A stretch of DNA of 64,000 nt. It comes from Anolis carolinensis (Eukaryota). The position numbers and the translations under genes are program-made. Positions 47,620-60,702 of this stretch are shown here, one piece after another. Each line of letters opens with the position of its first letter. Within the stretch, counting starts at the first letter, position 1. The DNA is taken from contig NC_085845.1 of NCBI RefSeq assembly GCF_035594765.1, forward strand, positions 70,364,024 through 70,428,023, given 5' to 3'. The notes under the pieces were generated by a model, which saw nothing but the letters and a program-made list of their open reading frames with translations, did not search any database and was not told the DNA's origin.

Positions 47620-49160
47620 TAATAATAAAACTTTATTTATTACCCGCCTCTCTCTCCTTGAGGGGACTCGGAGTGGTTCTCATGGGGACTGAGCCCAAGA
47701 ATCAAACAGATAAAAGCAGAACACAAGAACAGCATATATAATTAAAACAATTAACAATAAAATAAACATTCATAAAATACATCAGCAGGTATCAGAACAA
47801 AAGGTGGGACTATTAAAAATTGAAAGGGAAGGCAGGCATGTGCAAAAACACAAGGTAATAAAATTAGGAATAGGAATAAAGTGTTGGAGATTAGGGCAGT
47901 AAACAATTAAGACTGGGAGCTGTTAAAAACTGACCTATTGTTCGAAAGCATGTTGGAATCATAGAATCATAGAATCATAGAATAGTAGAGTTGGAAGAGA
48001 CCTCATGGGCCATCCAGTCCAAGCCCCTGCCAAGAAGCAGGAAATCGCATTCAGAGCACCCCTGACAGATGGCCATCCAGCCTCTGCTTAAAAGCCTCCA
48101 AGGAAGGAGCCTCCACCACAGCCCTCCACTGTTCCACTGTCGAACAGCCCTCACAGTGAGGAAGTTCTTCCTGATGTTCAGGTGGAATCTCCTTTCCTGT
48201 AGTTTGAAGCCATTGTTCCGTGTCCTAGTCTCCAGGGCAGCAGAAAACAAGCTTGCTCCCTCTTCCCTATGACTTCCCTTCACGTTTTTGTGAAATGTGC
48301 CTAGGGTGGGAGATAATCTAATCTCCTTGGGGAGAGAGAACCAGAGCCGGGGGGCCACCATCGAAAAGGCCCTCTCCCTCGTCCCCACCAGACATGTTTG
48401 GGACGGAGGTGGGAGCGAGAGAAGGGCCTCCCCGGAAGATCTAAGAGCCCACACTGGTTTGTAGGGGAAGATCCGATCACGAAGATAAGAAGGACCCAAG
48501 CCGTTTAAGGCTTTATAGGTCATAACCTGCACTTTGAATTGGGACCAGAAAATTATCAGCAGCCAGTGGAACTGCTTCAAAAGGGGCATTGTGCACTCCC
48601 TGTAGCCAGCTCCTGTTAACAGCCTGGCCACCGATCTTTGTACCAATTGCAGTTTCTGGGCTGTCTTCAAAGGCAGTCCCACGTAGAGTGCATTGCAGTA
48701 ATCCAATCTAGATGTAACCAAGGCAAGGACCATCGTGGGCAAGTCAGGCTTCTCGAGGTACGGTCACAGCTGGTGCACAAATTTTAACTGTTGAAAGGCC
48801 CTCCCAGCCACTGCCAACACCTGAGCATCAAGTGTCAATGCTGAGTCCAGGAGGATTCCCAGACTGCGGACCTGTGTCCTCAGGGGGAGTGTAACCCCAT
48901 TGAGCACAGGTAGCCATCTTATACCCCGATCAGCCCCATGACTGATCAGGAGGACCTCTGTCTTGTCTGGATTAAGCTTCAGTTTGTTAGCCCTCATCCA
49001 GTCCACCCCAACTGTCAGGCACTGGTCCAGGACACGGGGGGCTTCCTTGGAATTTGGTGGAAAAGAATGATAGAGTTGAGTGTCATCTGCATAGAGATAG
49101 CACTGAACTCCAAAGCTCCAGATGACTTCACCCAACAGTTTCATGTACATGTTAAACAGC
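47620..49160 (-). mobile_element. L2-clade LINE 3' part
   Basis: YADDTQLY, NKLKLNPDKTE, SRLDYCNALYVGLP, RAFS..APRLW. Confidence 0.9.
47957..48285 (-). mobile_element. CR1 3' fragment nested in the L2
   Basis: (TTCTATGA)n tail; near-identical to 61540-61870. Confidence 0.9.
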
Positions 49161-50321
49161 TTTCAAGTCAACTCTGGCTGACCTGGCAAGATTTATTGAG
49201 AGGTTTTGCCATTGTCTTCCTTTGCGGCTATGACTTGCTCAAGGTCATCAAGTGGGTTTTCATGAGTCTAAGTCGTTCTGAACTCTGGTTTCTTAGAATC
49301 CTAGACTAACACTCTAACCATTACACCACACTGGCTCTCATTTAGCTCTTGCAAAAATTTTAAAGGTTCCTTAAATCTTACCATTCACTTCTTTGTAAGG
49401 ATCCATTCTTTACTGTATAATTTTCTGGCTAAAATGAACTGTCAAAGGAAGAAAATAAGAGAGGAGGAACTGAGCTGCCGCTACTGCTATTTTATTTTCC
49501 ATGCATTTCCATTTCATTTTAAATCTTTTTCATAATGCCTTTTCAGACCATTTTCCATGCATATTGCTTTGATTTACAACTTTTAATCACTATTCAGCAA
49601 GTTACTAAACAAAGATTTTCTAATGTCCTCCATATATTTCAAAGTTTTGAAGTCCAAAGTTCTAAGAATTTGCAGTCTCCTTTATCTGCCTTGGAATCCT
49701 TACTCATAAATCATATTATGACACTATCTGCATCTACAAGGTGCATCACTATTTATAGCTCACCTTGTTTTGTACCAAATCATGTGATCTTCATAAATCA
49801 TGCCCCTTTTAAACACCTGTACTATTTCCATCTGTCAAGCACATCATTTTTACAAGTTTTGTTTCCCTCACCAGAATTCTCCTTCAGAGTTCCTTACAGA
49901 TATTGTAATGTGTGAGAAGGGGCTAATTGGGCAATTGTTTCTAAAGCATTGAGATGCTATTTAGTAATTCTGTTATTCATGCTACCAGCCTTAATTAAAA
50001 CAGGTGAATGTTATAATAGCATAAGGTTGAAGATTACTCCTTAAACAAGATTCTAGTCTCAGAGATTGGTCTACTGGTCCATCTAACCTGAGTGTAAGAC
50101 ACTGTGGAATCAACAGCACTTTGTCAAATTCAGCTCCCATAATGCCTCACCATAACATATACTGGCCAAGACTGAAAGGTTCGGGGGGACCATTGAAGGA
50201 TAACAGCTCCTGGCTATGTTCACTCTTCTCTATTTCAACTGGTAGCAAATCACCAAGCCATTGAAAAAGCTAGAGATGGCAGTCTAGTCTCAAGCTTTGA
50301 TAGCCAGGTAACAAACAAAAT

Positions 50322-50357
<36 letters not shown>

Positions 50358-50559
50358 TACAGGCGAAAGATTATTTAGCTGGGGTTGCCTACACCAGCAA
50401 AATAATCCAGTTACATTTTAAAGTATTCTACCCTGGATTACCCCCATTAGTGCCCACCCCCATTCATAATACACTGCATTGCCAATGTATTGATGGCCAC
50501 ACATTTCCCCTGCCAAAATTCAGATCAGGATCACTTTTTTTCTCCTTCTCCTCAGAGCC

Positions 50560-51539
50560 CAGCCACAAATGAGACCAACAACAAGGGAGTAGATCGAGGC
50601 TGACTGACAAGGAGTTTGGGTCTCAGTGACTTTTGATAGCATTGACCATGATATCCTTCTGAAACACTTTGGGGGTTTGAGAATTGGAGACACTGCTGCA
50701 GTGGTTCCAGTCATATCTCGCAGGCAGATTCTAGATGGTAGTGCTTGGGGATAGCTGCTCCTTAAATAAATGAGCTGTTATGTGGTGCCACTCTATCTCC
50801 AATTATTTTTAATAATTACGTGAAATGGCTAGGGGAGATCATCCAGAGCCATGGGGCGGTATGCTAATAACACCCCAATATATTTCTCTATGCCCTCAAA
50901 AACAGCCTCAGCTAAGGATTACTATCGGTTTCGGCTGATACGTCAGTTGCGCCCCTTCCTATATTTGGAGGATCTAAAGACAGTATTGCATGCACTGGTA
51001 ACTTCAGGGTTGGACTTCTGCAATGTATTTTCCATTGAGCTACCTTTGTACCAAGTTTGGAAACTTCAATTAGTTCAAAACATGGCAAACAGATTGGTTA
51101 TAGATAAATCTAGGAGTGAGCATATTACACTCATACTAAAGCATACATATTACACCCACTGCCAGTTAGTTTCTGGGCAAAGTCCAAAGTGTTGGTTTTG
51201 ATCTTTAAAGCCCTACATAGTTTGGGTCCAGGTTACCTACAGGATTGCCTCCTTCCATACAATCCATCCCAAACTTTTACGTCGTCTGGCCAACTTAACC
51301 AGCCAGAACCCAACCGGTGACTGTCCCCCAGAAGACCATTTTATCATCTGCCCCAAGACTCTGGAATGACCTGCTAAAAGAAATCAACCGGTCAGTTTTA
51401 AATTGTGAACTTTAATCTGTATTTTATCAGTGGAATTTAACTGATATTTTAACTCTGTATGTCTTGTTATATGTCTTTTAAAAGTGTTTTATCTATTGTT
51501 TTAATGATATCGTATCCTGCCTCAAGCTGTAGGGAGAGG

Positions 51540-51540
<1 letters not shown>
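50560..51540 (+). mobile_element. degenerate L2-clade LINE
   Basis: decayed AFD.IDH, YANNT, GLDFCN, KLQLVQN, EHIT motifs; tail runs into (ATT)n. Confidence 0.75.
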
Positions 51541-51598
<58 letters not shown>

Positions 51599-51599
<1 letters not shown>

Positions 51600-53043
51600 G
51601 ACAGAGCAAACAAGATAGATATGCTGGATTTCATATCACAAAATCACAAGTCGAACACTTCCCAAGTGTCTAGGACTGTGTGATGTATTTTCGGATGATG
51701 CGTGCAGATCCCAGCAGGGTGGCCTTTTGCAGCTGGCAGATCGTAATTTTGTCAATGTCTACTGTTTCCAAATGCCGGCTGAGATCTTTTGGCACGGCAC
51801 CCAATGTGCCCATCACCACCGGGACCACCTGCACTGGTTTCTGCCAGAGTCTTTGAAGTTCAATCTTGAGGTCCTGATAGCGGCTGAGTTTTTCCTGTTG
51901 TTTTTCGTCAATGCGACTGTCACCTGGGATGGCGACATCAATGATCCAAACCTTTTTCTTTTCCACAACAGTGATGTCTGGTGTGTTGTGTTCCAGAACT
52001 TTGTCAGTCTGGATTCGGAAGTCCCACAGTATCTTTGCGTGTTCATTTTCCAATACTTTTGCAGGTTTGTGATCCCACCAGTTCTTTGCTGCTGGGAGGT
52101 GGTACTTGAGGCATAAGTTCCAATGAATCATTTGGGCCACATAGTTGTGCCTCTGTTTGTAGTCTGTCTGTGCAATTTTCTTACAGCAGCTGAGGATATG
52201 ATCAATGGTTTCGTCGGTTTCCTTGCACAGTCTGCATTTTGGGTCATCAGCTGATTTTTCAATCTTGGCCTTAATTGCATTTGTTCTGATGGCTTGCTCC
52301 TGGGCTGCAAGGATCAGGCCTTCTGTCTCCTTCTTCAGGGTCCCATTCGTGAGCCAGAGCCAGGTCTTCTCCTTATCTGCTTTTCCTTCAATTTTGTCAA
52401 GGAACTTTCCATGCAATGTTTTGTTGTGCCAGCTGTCAGCTCTAGTTTGTAGTGTGGCTTTCTTGTACTGGTTTTTTGTCTGCTGTGCTTTGAGGAGTTT
52501 CTGATTTTTGGCTTCAATCAAAGCAGGTTCTTCACTTTGCTTTACATATTCTGCCAGGGCATGTTCTTCTTCTTTGCTTGTTTTACTTGTAAGAGTCCTC
52601 TGCCACCTGATCTTCTAGGCAGATATAGCCAGTCAACATCACTGCGAGGGTGCAGTGAATGATGAATGGTCATGAGTTTTCTTGTTTTTCTGTCCAAATT
52701 TTCCAGTTCCATCTGTGTCCAGTTTATGATGCCAGCAGTATATCCTATGACAGGTATGGCCCAGGTGTTTATGGCCTTGATGGTGTTGCCTCCATTGAGC
52801 TTGCTTTTGAGAGTTTTTCTGACCCCTTGTGTGTATTCTTTACTGACCATAGTCTTCACATGATCATGCTTGATGTTGTCCAGCTGTAATATGCCCAGAT
52901 ATTTATAGGCCTCTGGCTGGTGACACTTTATTGTTTGGCCATTAGGCATATTTATGCCCTCACTTTCAATGATTTTTCCCTTCTTCAATGCCACTGTCGA
53001 ACATTTGTCCAAGCCTAACTCCATGCTGATATCATGCTGATAT
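51599..53043 (-). mobile_element. Dong/R4-clade non-LTR retrotransposon, 5'-truncated, young
   Basis: RT end (GLDKC, YKYLGI, LYLPR..GGRGL), CCHC, RHN, PD..D endonuclease (TPDITVV..IIDVAIP); (TAA)n on both flanks. Confidence 0.93.
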
Positions 53044-54649
53044 TATTATTATTATTATTATTTGCCAAATAGTTATAACTGTTGAAATTGCGAAAATAAC
53101 ACTATCCTTTTAAAAGTAATAATAATATGAGAACCAAGTAGTGTTTATTTAAATAGCAGTGCCAAAAAATGAAATCTCCAACCTTAACCATGGTGGATTA
53201 CTTACCTTACGTGGATATGTTCAAAAATTAATAAAAGAAAACAGATATGTTTGATGATATGTAAGATGACCTTTCAGATTAAACTCTCCCTCTTTAATTG
53301 GAATCTGCATATTTTTCAATTAAATTCTAAGAGGACATGAGCCTCCTTCCATCTTCTAAATAATGTATTTCATTTTTGAAAATACTTGCAAAGTATATGT
53401 AGAGAAAATCCACAAATAATATGAACAATTCTAGGTATTACATTCATTTTAATATGTTTATCTCACCCCACAGACTCATTTGTAAAATCCAAACCAAAGA
53501 CATTATAGTCTCTCTTATGTCCCACTAGTAGTATTTCTGATTTATATCAGTTAATTCAATGCCCAGATATTTTCCAATAATTAAACTAAGCTTGAAGTCA
53601 GAAAGAATTGATTCCAGCTGATCCTATTATATCTGTGTGTGCCTGCTTAACATAGGCAAGGAAAACAGCAACTGCCTCCAGAATTCCTTAGTGAGCATGC
53701 ATGAACAGCAAGGAAAGGGGAAAACAAGTTAACCTACCTACCAGCTACTTCCAACATTTTTAAAAACATAGATTGAAAAGTTTGGCCACTAAAATGGATA
53801 TTATAAGAGGAGTGGAGACTAGTGAAGAAAAAAAAACATTACTACAAGATGCATTTTGGATCAAACTTTCCAGTAGTCTTTAGAAGGGTCAATATGTTTT
53901 TGTTTACTTATTCAAGCTTCCCCTGATCTGGTTGTTTCATTTCACTTGGGCATATTATTAGTTTTGAACAAAAAAAATTGGTGAGATCCACTGAACTATT
54001 TTGAGTGGTGCTGGTGCTGGAACCTATCATGATTCTTTCCATTTTATTTTTGTGTCTAGAACCAAATTTTCTGTTAAATGAGTACACTAGGCCTATGTAT
54101 TACAATTTTGCATATAATCTGGAAACCTAGTTGTTTTGCACAGAAGAAGCCTTGAACTGTGAATAGTTCCCATAGTGAGGAGAAAATTGATTACATGGGT
54201 TGCTATTTCCTGTGACAATGAAATTAATGAAAATTGACATTGCTAGTACAGCATGTGGGCAATTGCTGAGAAGTATAGCAACTTCTTTCTTCAGTTTTAG
54301 CAAAGGGGAAAATGGGCTGGCCTTTGAACATTTCAAAATGCTAACAAGCATTCAACATGTAGCAATGGGAGGGCATCACTGAATAATTAAGACTTGTTTT
54401 ACCATATTCTGATAGATTTCATTAAACAAATATTTGTATAAGAATTTTATCAGAGCAAGCTGAGGTTATAGTAATAGCATATGCTTCTATTACAGAGGCG
54501 TGATATATCAATAGGATATCTCTGATGGCACACCTAACTGACCTGGAGCATGTTCATAATCTCTTTCATCTTTAGCCTATTTTTTTGTATCTCTACTCAT
54601 CAGACAGAATGTGCTATACTGCCTGAGGATTAGGGCATACATGCTATAA

Positions 54650-54920
54650 TTGTGTGTGTGTGTGTGTGTCAGAAGTAACTTGAGAAACTGCAAGTTGCTT
54701 CTGTTGCGAGAAACTTGGCCGTCTGCAAGAACATCTCACAGAGGACACCTGGATGTTTGATGTTTTACCATCCAGTGGGAGGCTTCTCTCATATCCCCAA
54801 ATGGAGAGCTAGAGCGGACAGATGGGAGCTCACCCCGCTCCCTGAATTCAAACCCCCGATCTTTCAGTCAGCAGTCCTGCCAGCACAAGGGTTAAACGCA
54901 TTGTGCCACCGGGGACTCCC
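54650..54920 (-). mobile_element. SINE of the 43447-43700 family
   Basis: same tail, with a (TG)n end. Confidence 0.7.
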
Positions 54921-54997
54921 GGTGGCTCTATGATAATTCCTGGCCATTTGGTAATGCAAATGTGGATTGTACAAGCCGACTGCACACTAATTGGTAC

Positions 54998-55045
<48 letters not shown>

Positions 55046-55329
55046 TATTTTTATACCACCCTATCTTTCAAAAGAGACTCAGAGCAGTGAACAATAATAG
55101 ATCGGCAAACGTTCAATGCCTGAGAAACATAATATAAAAAACAATTCAAATAATAAACTATCAAAAACATGAAGATATACTTATAAAACAACTCAAGATA
55201 ACAGGTGAGAAATTTAAATATACAAAATAAAATAATTGGGAAGCATTTCTCTAATGACTCTAGTAATGGTCAGAAGTAATTAAAACACTTGCTGGCTTTG
55301 AATATTAAATAATAATAACAACAAAAATC

Positions 55330-56390
55330 ATAATTTTCTTTCTTACCCGCCTCTCCTTGTGGCTCGAGGCGGGTTACAACATTGCTTAAAAATCACCCAA
55401 TTTTGACAAAATACATATTAAAATACACAGAACAAAGATTAAACATAAGATGCACATTTAAAATTTGTGATTAAAGCTGCCTGGGTAAGCCTGTCAGAAG
55501 AGATAGGTCGTGAGATGGTTTTTCAATTCCGAAAGCTCATTTAGCAGTTGGAGCTCTTGTGGCAGGTCATTCCACAGTCTTGGAGTGGCCAAAGAAAAGG
55601 TCCTTTGGGTGATGGTCGGGTTCTGGCAGGCTGGAGTAGCTGTCCCCCAAAGGACCTCAGTGTTCAAGAAGATGAAACTGTACATAACCTGGGTCCAAAC
55701 CATGTAGGGCAGTGGTTCTCAACCTGTGGGTCCCCAGGTGTTTTGGCCTACAACTCCCAGAAATTCCCTTCAGTTTACCAGCTGTTAGGATTTCTGGGAA
55801 TTGAAGGCCAAAACATCTGGGGACCCACAGCTTGGGAACCACTGATGTAAGGCTTTAAAGGTCAAAAACAACACATTGTTCTTTGCTCAGAAACTAATTG
55901 GCATCCAGTGAAGTGACTTTAGGATAGGTGTAACATGTTCACTCCTGGATATTCCTGTAACCAATCTGGCTGTCATATTTTGAACCAAGTTGAGTTTTCA
56001 AACTTGTTACAAAGGTGGCCCAATGTAAAGAACATTGCAGAAGTTCAACCTTGACGTTACCAGTGCATGAACTACCACCTTTAGGTCCTCCAAGTTTAGG
56101 AAGGGGGACAGCTGATGTATCAGCCGAAGCTGAGCAGCACTTCTGGCCGTCGCATCTGCCTGGGCTGACATTTGGAGAGACAGATCTAGGAGCACTCCCA
56201 AGCTGCGAACACAGTCTTTAAAGGGGAGTGTAACCCCATCCAGAACTGGTTGACACACCTTCATCCCCAGATTAGGACACCTCTGTTTTGTTTGGATTCA
56301 GTTTCAATTTGCTTTTCCTCATCCAGCCCATTACCTCTTCCAGGCATTTATTCAGAGGAGACACACTATCCTTAGCTGAGGCTGGTTTTT
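55330..56390 (-). mobile_element. degenerate L2-clade LINE
   Basis: VRSLGVLLD, HALVTSRLNFCN, FS.A.PRLWN.LP motifs. Confidence 0.8.
55710..55844. mobile_element. hAT MITE
   Basis: TIRs CAGTGGTTCTCAAC / GGGAACCACTG; 8-bp TSD ATGTA(G/A)GG. Confidence 0.85.
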
Positions 56391-58318
56391 GAAGCACTGG
56401 AATATTGTCTTATCAATTGCAATTTGTTCTTTACTCTAATGACAAATTGGTTTTATGGGGGAGTCGAGATTTGAAAATTCATAAGGAATCATTTTTATGA
56501 AAGGTGTAAACCAATAATGGGATTGTAACCTTAAACCAGATATTTGGTGCTAATTATGAGTTTTTGCCCTTTTCAAGTTTTGAAAGAGCAGTTTAAATCA
56601 CTTTTATGAATGAAATAGTAATATCCACTACTGAAACATTTGTTATGATCCAGATTAGACCTTCCAGCTTTTAGTACATCCAACATTCCCTCAATATTAG
56701 AAACATTAATTGAGGCCAACCAGGTATCCAAATCAGCAATTTATATATAAAAATTTATGTTATCTATAAATATGACATGTGAGTTTTACAGCAAGGAAGG
56801 AATAAAGAATTGGAATATCCAGTTCTGACTGATCAATGACCATTGGTTTTAATATCTAGAACTGTACAGCTATAGATCTCTAACTACTTCTTATACAGCA
56901 GAAATTACTCTTTTGGGCATATTGATCATCATAACGTCTGTTCAGGAAAGGTTTTCTAAATCAGCAAACTGTTGGAGATCCAATACAGCTAACACTTCCT
57001 TAATGCATATGTTTTGGAGTTGTTCGACAGCAGTTAAGTTTTGCAACACAATAACCATATGAGCAAATTTAGTTTTGGAAAGTTCCTTGGTATTCGGGGA
57101 CATGCATGTTCTTTTTAACTACTTACAATTTTCTTAGAAATTAATAAATGGTCAAAGGAAATTGATTTCCCCACCCTTTTGGCAATGGAAAGAATGATAC
57201 TTTGTGACTGGAAAGATATGTTTTTCTCCAGTGGATTGATCTAACAATGCTTGCAACATTTGAAAGAATTATGAAAGAAGAAAGTGCAAAAGCTGGGTTG
57301 CAGTTAAATATCAACAATACAAAGTTTATGCCAAGTGACTGAACGAATAAACAACAACAAAAAAATAATATTTTTATTCCCTTTGTATTTTTATTTTTCT
57401 GGTTTTGTTATACTTAAACATTATTGTATATAATTGAGATCCCTTCTGAATGCAAATTTTAATAAAAGAAATTAAAAGAGCTTTGTTTCATTATTTACTA
57501 AGACCTGCTGCTTCAACCTAACACTGTGTCTAATCTGTGTCTTTCTGGGTCTCTCTCACCATCATCCAATTCCAATATTGCTTAAAAAAATTCCAGAAAC
57601 ATAGTAGGATCAGGATATGGCTTGTCTCTCATTCACTGCAATCTCTTTCCTCAGTCTTTCTCCTCTACATTCAGCTGCTCAGCTCTGATACTCTATATAG
57701 CAAACATAGCCCCAGAAACAAAAACTTGCTCTCAGTGAGGTATTAATGAAACCAAAATGTTACACCTTCCTTCTGTATTTGCATCAGAGGAGTGTGTCGT
57801 TTATTGAACTCTGTGCATGTTTGAAAAACAGTTTGCATATGTAAAACTGCTCTGATGCTCACAGTCTAGGTGTCCTGTTCATGTCAGCAGTGGGTGGGGA
57901 GAGAAGGTACACCTGGTAGCATGCCCACTTTTTCAGTTGTGCTGCCAAATGACTTCCCTAGTAAGCCTGCATTCTGGGCCAGTTGGGAGCTCTGGTTGGT
58001 TCTAATGGACAGGATCTCCCTTCCCTCCCTGACACACTAAACTCCATCATCCCTCCTCCCTCCAAACATAAACACACAGTAATTCTTCAGCATCTGCAAA
58101 TCCACACTTCCGTTCCTGTTCTACTGTCAATAATGGAGTGACTTGCAACAGATGGAGATTTTTTGCATTTATTTTATTTCCACTCAGTAGTTAATGTTAG
58201 CTTTTAAAAAAAAAAGCACTTCTGAATACCATATAGAAGTCTTCAGAGCCAAGAGGTTTGCCACTATTAATATTCACTATTGCCTTTCCAGGTAAGCAAC
58301 AGTTAAGCTTTATCTAAG

Positions 58319-58854
58319 CAGTGTTTCTCAATCTGGGGATTGGGACCCCTGCGGGGGTCATGAGAGGGGTTTCAGAGGGGTTACCAAAGACCATCAGAAA
58401 ACAAATATTTCTGATGGTCTTAGGAACCCCTTTGGCAGAGAAGGCTGAAGATCTCTCCACCTGTCCTTCTCTTCTTTTTTGGAAACAGATGGCGAATCCT
58501 CCCACCAAAAGCCCTCCTCCTGCAAATTTGATTCAATTCTATCATTGATGAAGTTCATAATGCTCTTTGATTGTAGATTGACTATAAATCCCAGCAACTA
58601 CAACTTCCAAATGACAAAATCAATCCTCCCCTAACCTCACCAGTATTCTAATTTAGGCGTATAGGGTATTTGTGCCAAATTTGTTCCAGTGAATGAAAAT
58701 ACATCCTATATATCAGATATTCACAGTATGAAACATAACAGTAGCAAAATTACAGTTATGAATTAGCAATGAAAATAATTGTATGATTGATGGTCACCAC
58801 AACATGAGGAACTGTATTAAGAGGTCACGGTATTAGGAAGGTTGAGAACCACTG
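58319..58854 (+). mobile_element. SPIN/URR1-like non-autonomous hAT element
   Basis: TIRs CAGTG.TTCTCAA / TTGAGAACCACTG; 3' end CATAACAGTAGCAAAATTACAGTTATGAA...CACCACAACATGAGGAACTGTATTAA matches my memory of the SPIN/URR1 terminus. Confidence 0.75.
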
Positions 58855-59524
58855 ATGTAAAGTGCTCATAACTATATTACCTCATCTTGCTTTTCTTCTT
58901 CATGTGCCTGTCTGGCTGCTTTCTGCAGATGGCATGTTCTATAAATCAATAGAACAACAACATTTGAACTGTGTCTTGATAACTAGAAGAGGCAGATAAG
59001 AACATTGCAACAATAATATCCATTTGATTATAATTTTCTTTAATATCTTTGGAAATACCTAATAAATCATGGTTATAAAATATGAAAATTCCCTGATACA
59101 TAAGAAATAATATTTCCACATCAGGATTATATTTCTGATAGTTTTCACAGAGCCTTTCTACTTTAATTACGATAACACTGTAAACAATATCAAGGCAGTA
59201 CAGTGTGTTCCATGAATACTTATGAGCACTATAGAAAGAAGAATTGGGTGTACAGCTTCACGTCTTCATAGTGTCAGTATAAAATCATGGCAAATCCTTT
59301 CTCTTGCAATGGAGATGGTATTTTAAAATTATGTACTGGAGAGCCATATAAAACTGAGTTGTGGGAAGGGCCGAATATGTATTGGAATCATAGTGTAAGC
59401 ATGATTTTCTAGCCTACACCTTGCAGTTAATCTGCATGGATGTCCTGCAGATATGTTACCAGCCCAAAATTAAAACATAGTGCCGAATCCCATAGTCTGC
59501 TACATTCAAGTCAGATTCCATATT

Positions 59525-59760
59525 ACACTACTTCCTTAATGCCTGTGTGCAAAGCCACATCTTTAACTTTTTCCTTAGGACCAGGAGGGAAGGGGCCAGT
59601 CTGATCTCACTGAGGAGGGAGTTCCACTGCTGAGAAGGCCCTGTCTCTCATTCCCACCAGTCGCACTTGTGAAAGGGGTGGGACTGAGAGCAGAGTCTCC
59701 CCAGCAGATTTTAAGGTTCTAACTGGCTCATAAAGAGAGATACATTTGGACAGGTAAGGT
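59525..59760 (-). mobile_element. L2 3' fragment
   Basis: YEPVRTLKS...GMRDRAFSA peptide. Confidence 0.65.
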
Positions 59761-60702
59761 CCATTATGACCCACAGATTCAGGAGGCATACTGTATTATA
59801 ACAACAACAAATACCAATACACTGTATCAATACTGATAAACCTATATGCCTACCAATATAGAAGCACTGTACCTGGCTTTAGAAAAAGAGGGAAACTACA
59901 TTACAGGTCAACTGAAAGTTGATTAACAAAGCCATGGCCTGAGCATGCAGTAGTTGACAACTGGGGCTTTGGGAGATCTCTCATTCATAAGGTCACCAAG
60001 AAGACAATATCCATATACACAATTCTTACAAACTACTGATAATTTTAGAATGTTTGTCCTTGCTGCAACAAAGAGCAGGATAAAGACTGTATGAGCTAAA
60101 GGAAGCCATGGATGAACAAAAGGACACAATTACACCAGCAAATGGCACAAAGGGAAAGTGATTGAGAATAACTGGGTGGTGTTGGACTAAGCCACAGATC
60201 AAATGCAAGACCTCCAGTGGTGGTGGCAGCAACTGGATGGAGAAAATTATCCCACTGCTCCCAGAGAAGAAGGAGCAGCAATTATTCCACCTCCATAGAC
60301 AAGCAGTTCTTCCTATTCTTTACCAATTCTCCAACTCCAAGAGCAGCTCATGAATCGGTTGTTGGTAGGGACACATGATACAGCTTCAGTTCAAAGACTG
60401 AATTCTGGCAATGGCCAAAGGGAAGGTGCTAGCTGCAGTTGCAGTGTCTGTGTATCCCATCCCTTTACACAATTACGCAAAGGAACTTGAGAGAAGGACC
60501 ATCAGAACAGAAATATATAACAGCACAAACATGTGGAAAATATTGTAGAAGTTTTAAAAGCATCCAAATAATTTATGAACTGGAGTAGGGGCATTATATT
60601 TAAGAGGAACCTTTTTGTCAGAAGCAGTTCAATGGAGCAACAGGTGAGAAAAATATTATTGCTAAGGAACTAAAGCAGATAAATAAATGAATTGTCTTGG
60701 TA

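Noticed and set aside
47975-48742. 255-aa ORF
   Set aside because: It is a chance in-frame chimera of an L2 ORF2 end and a nested CR1 3' fragment, not a gene.
57262-57335. tiny RTE/BovB-like RT remnant (KEESAKAGLQLNI)
   Set aside because: It is too short and decayed to define boundaries.
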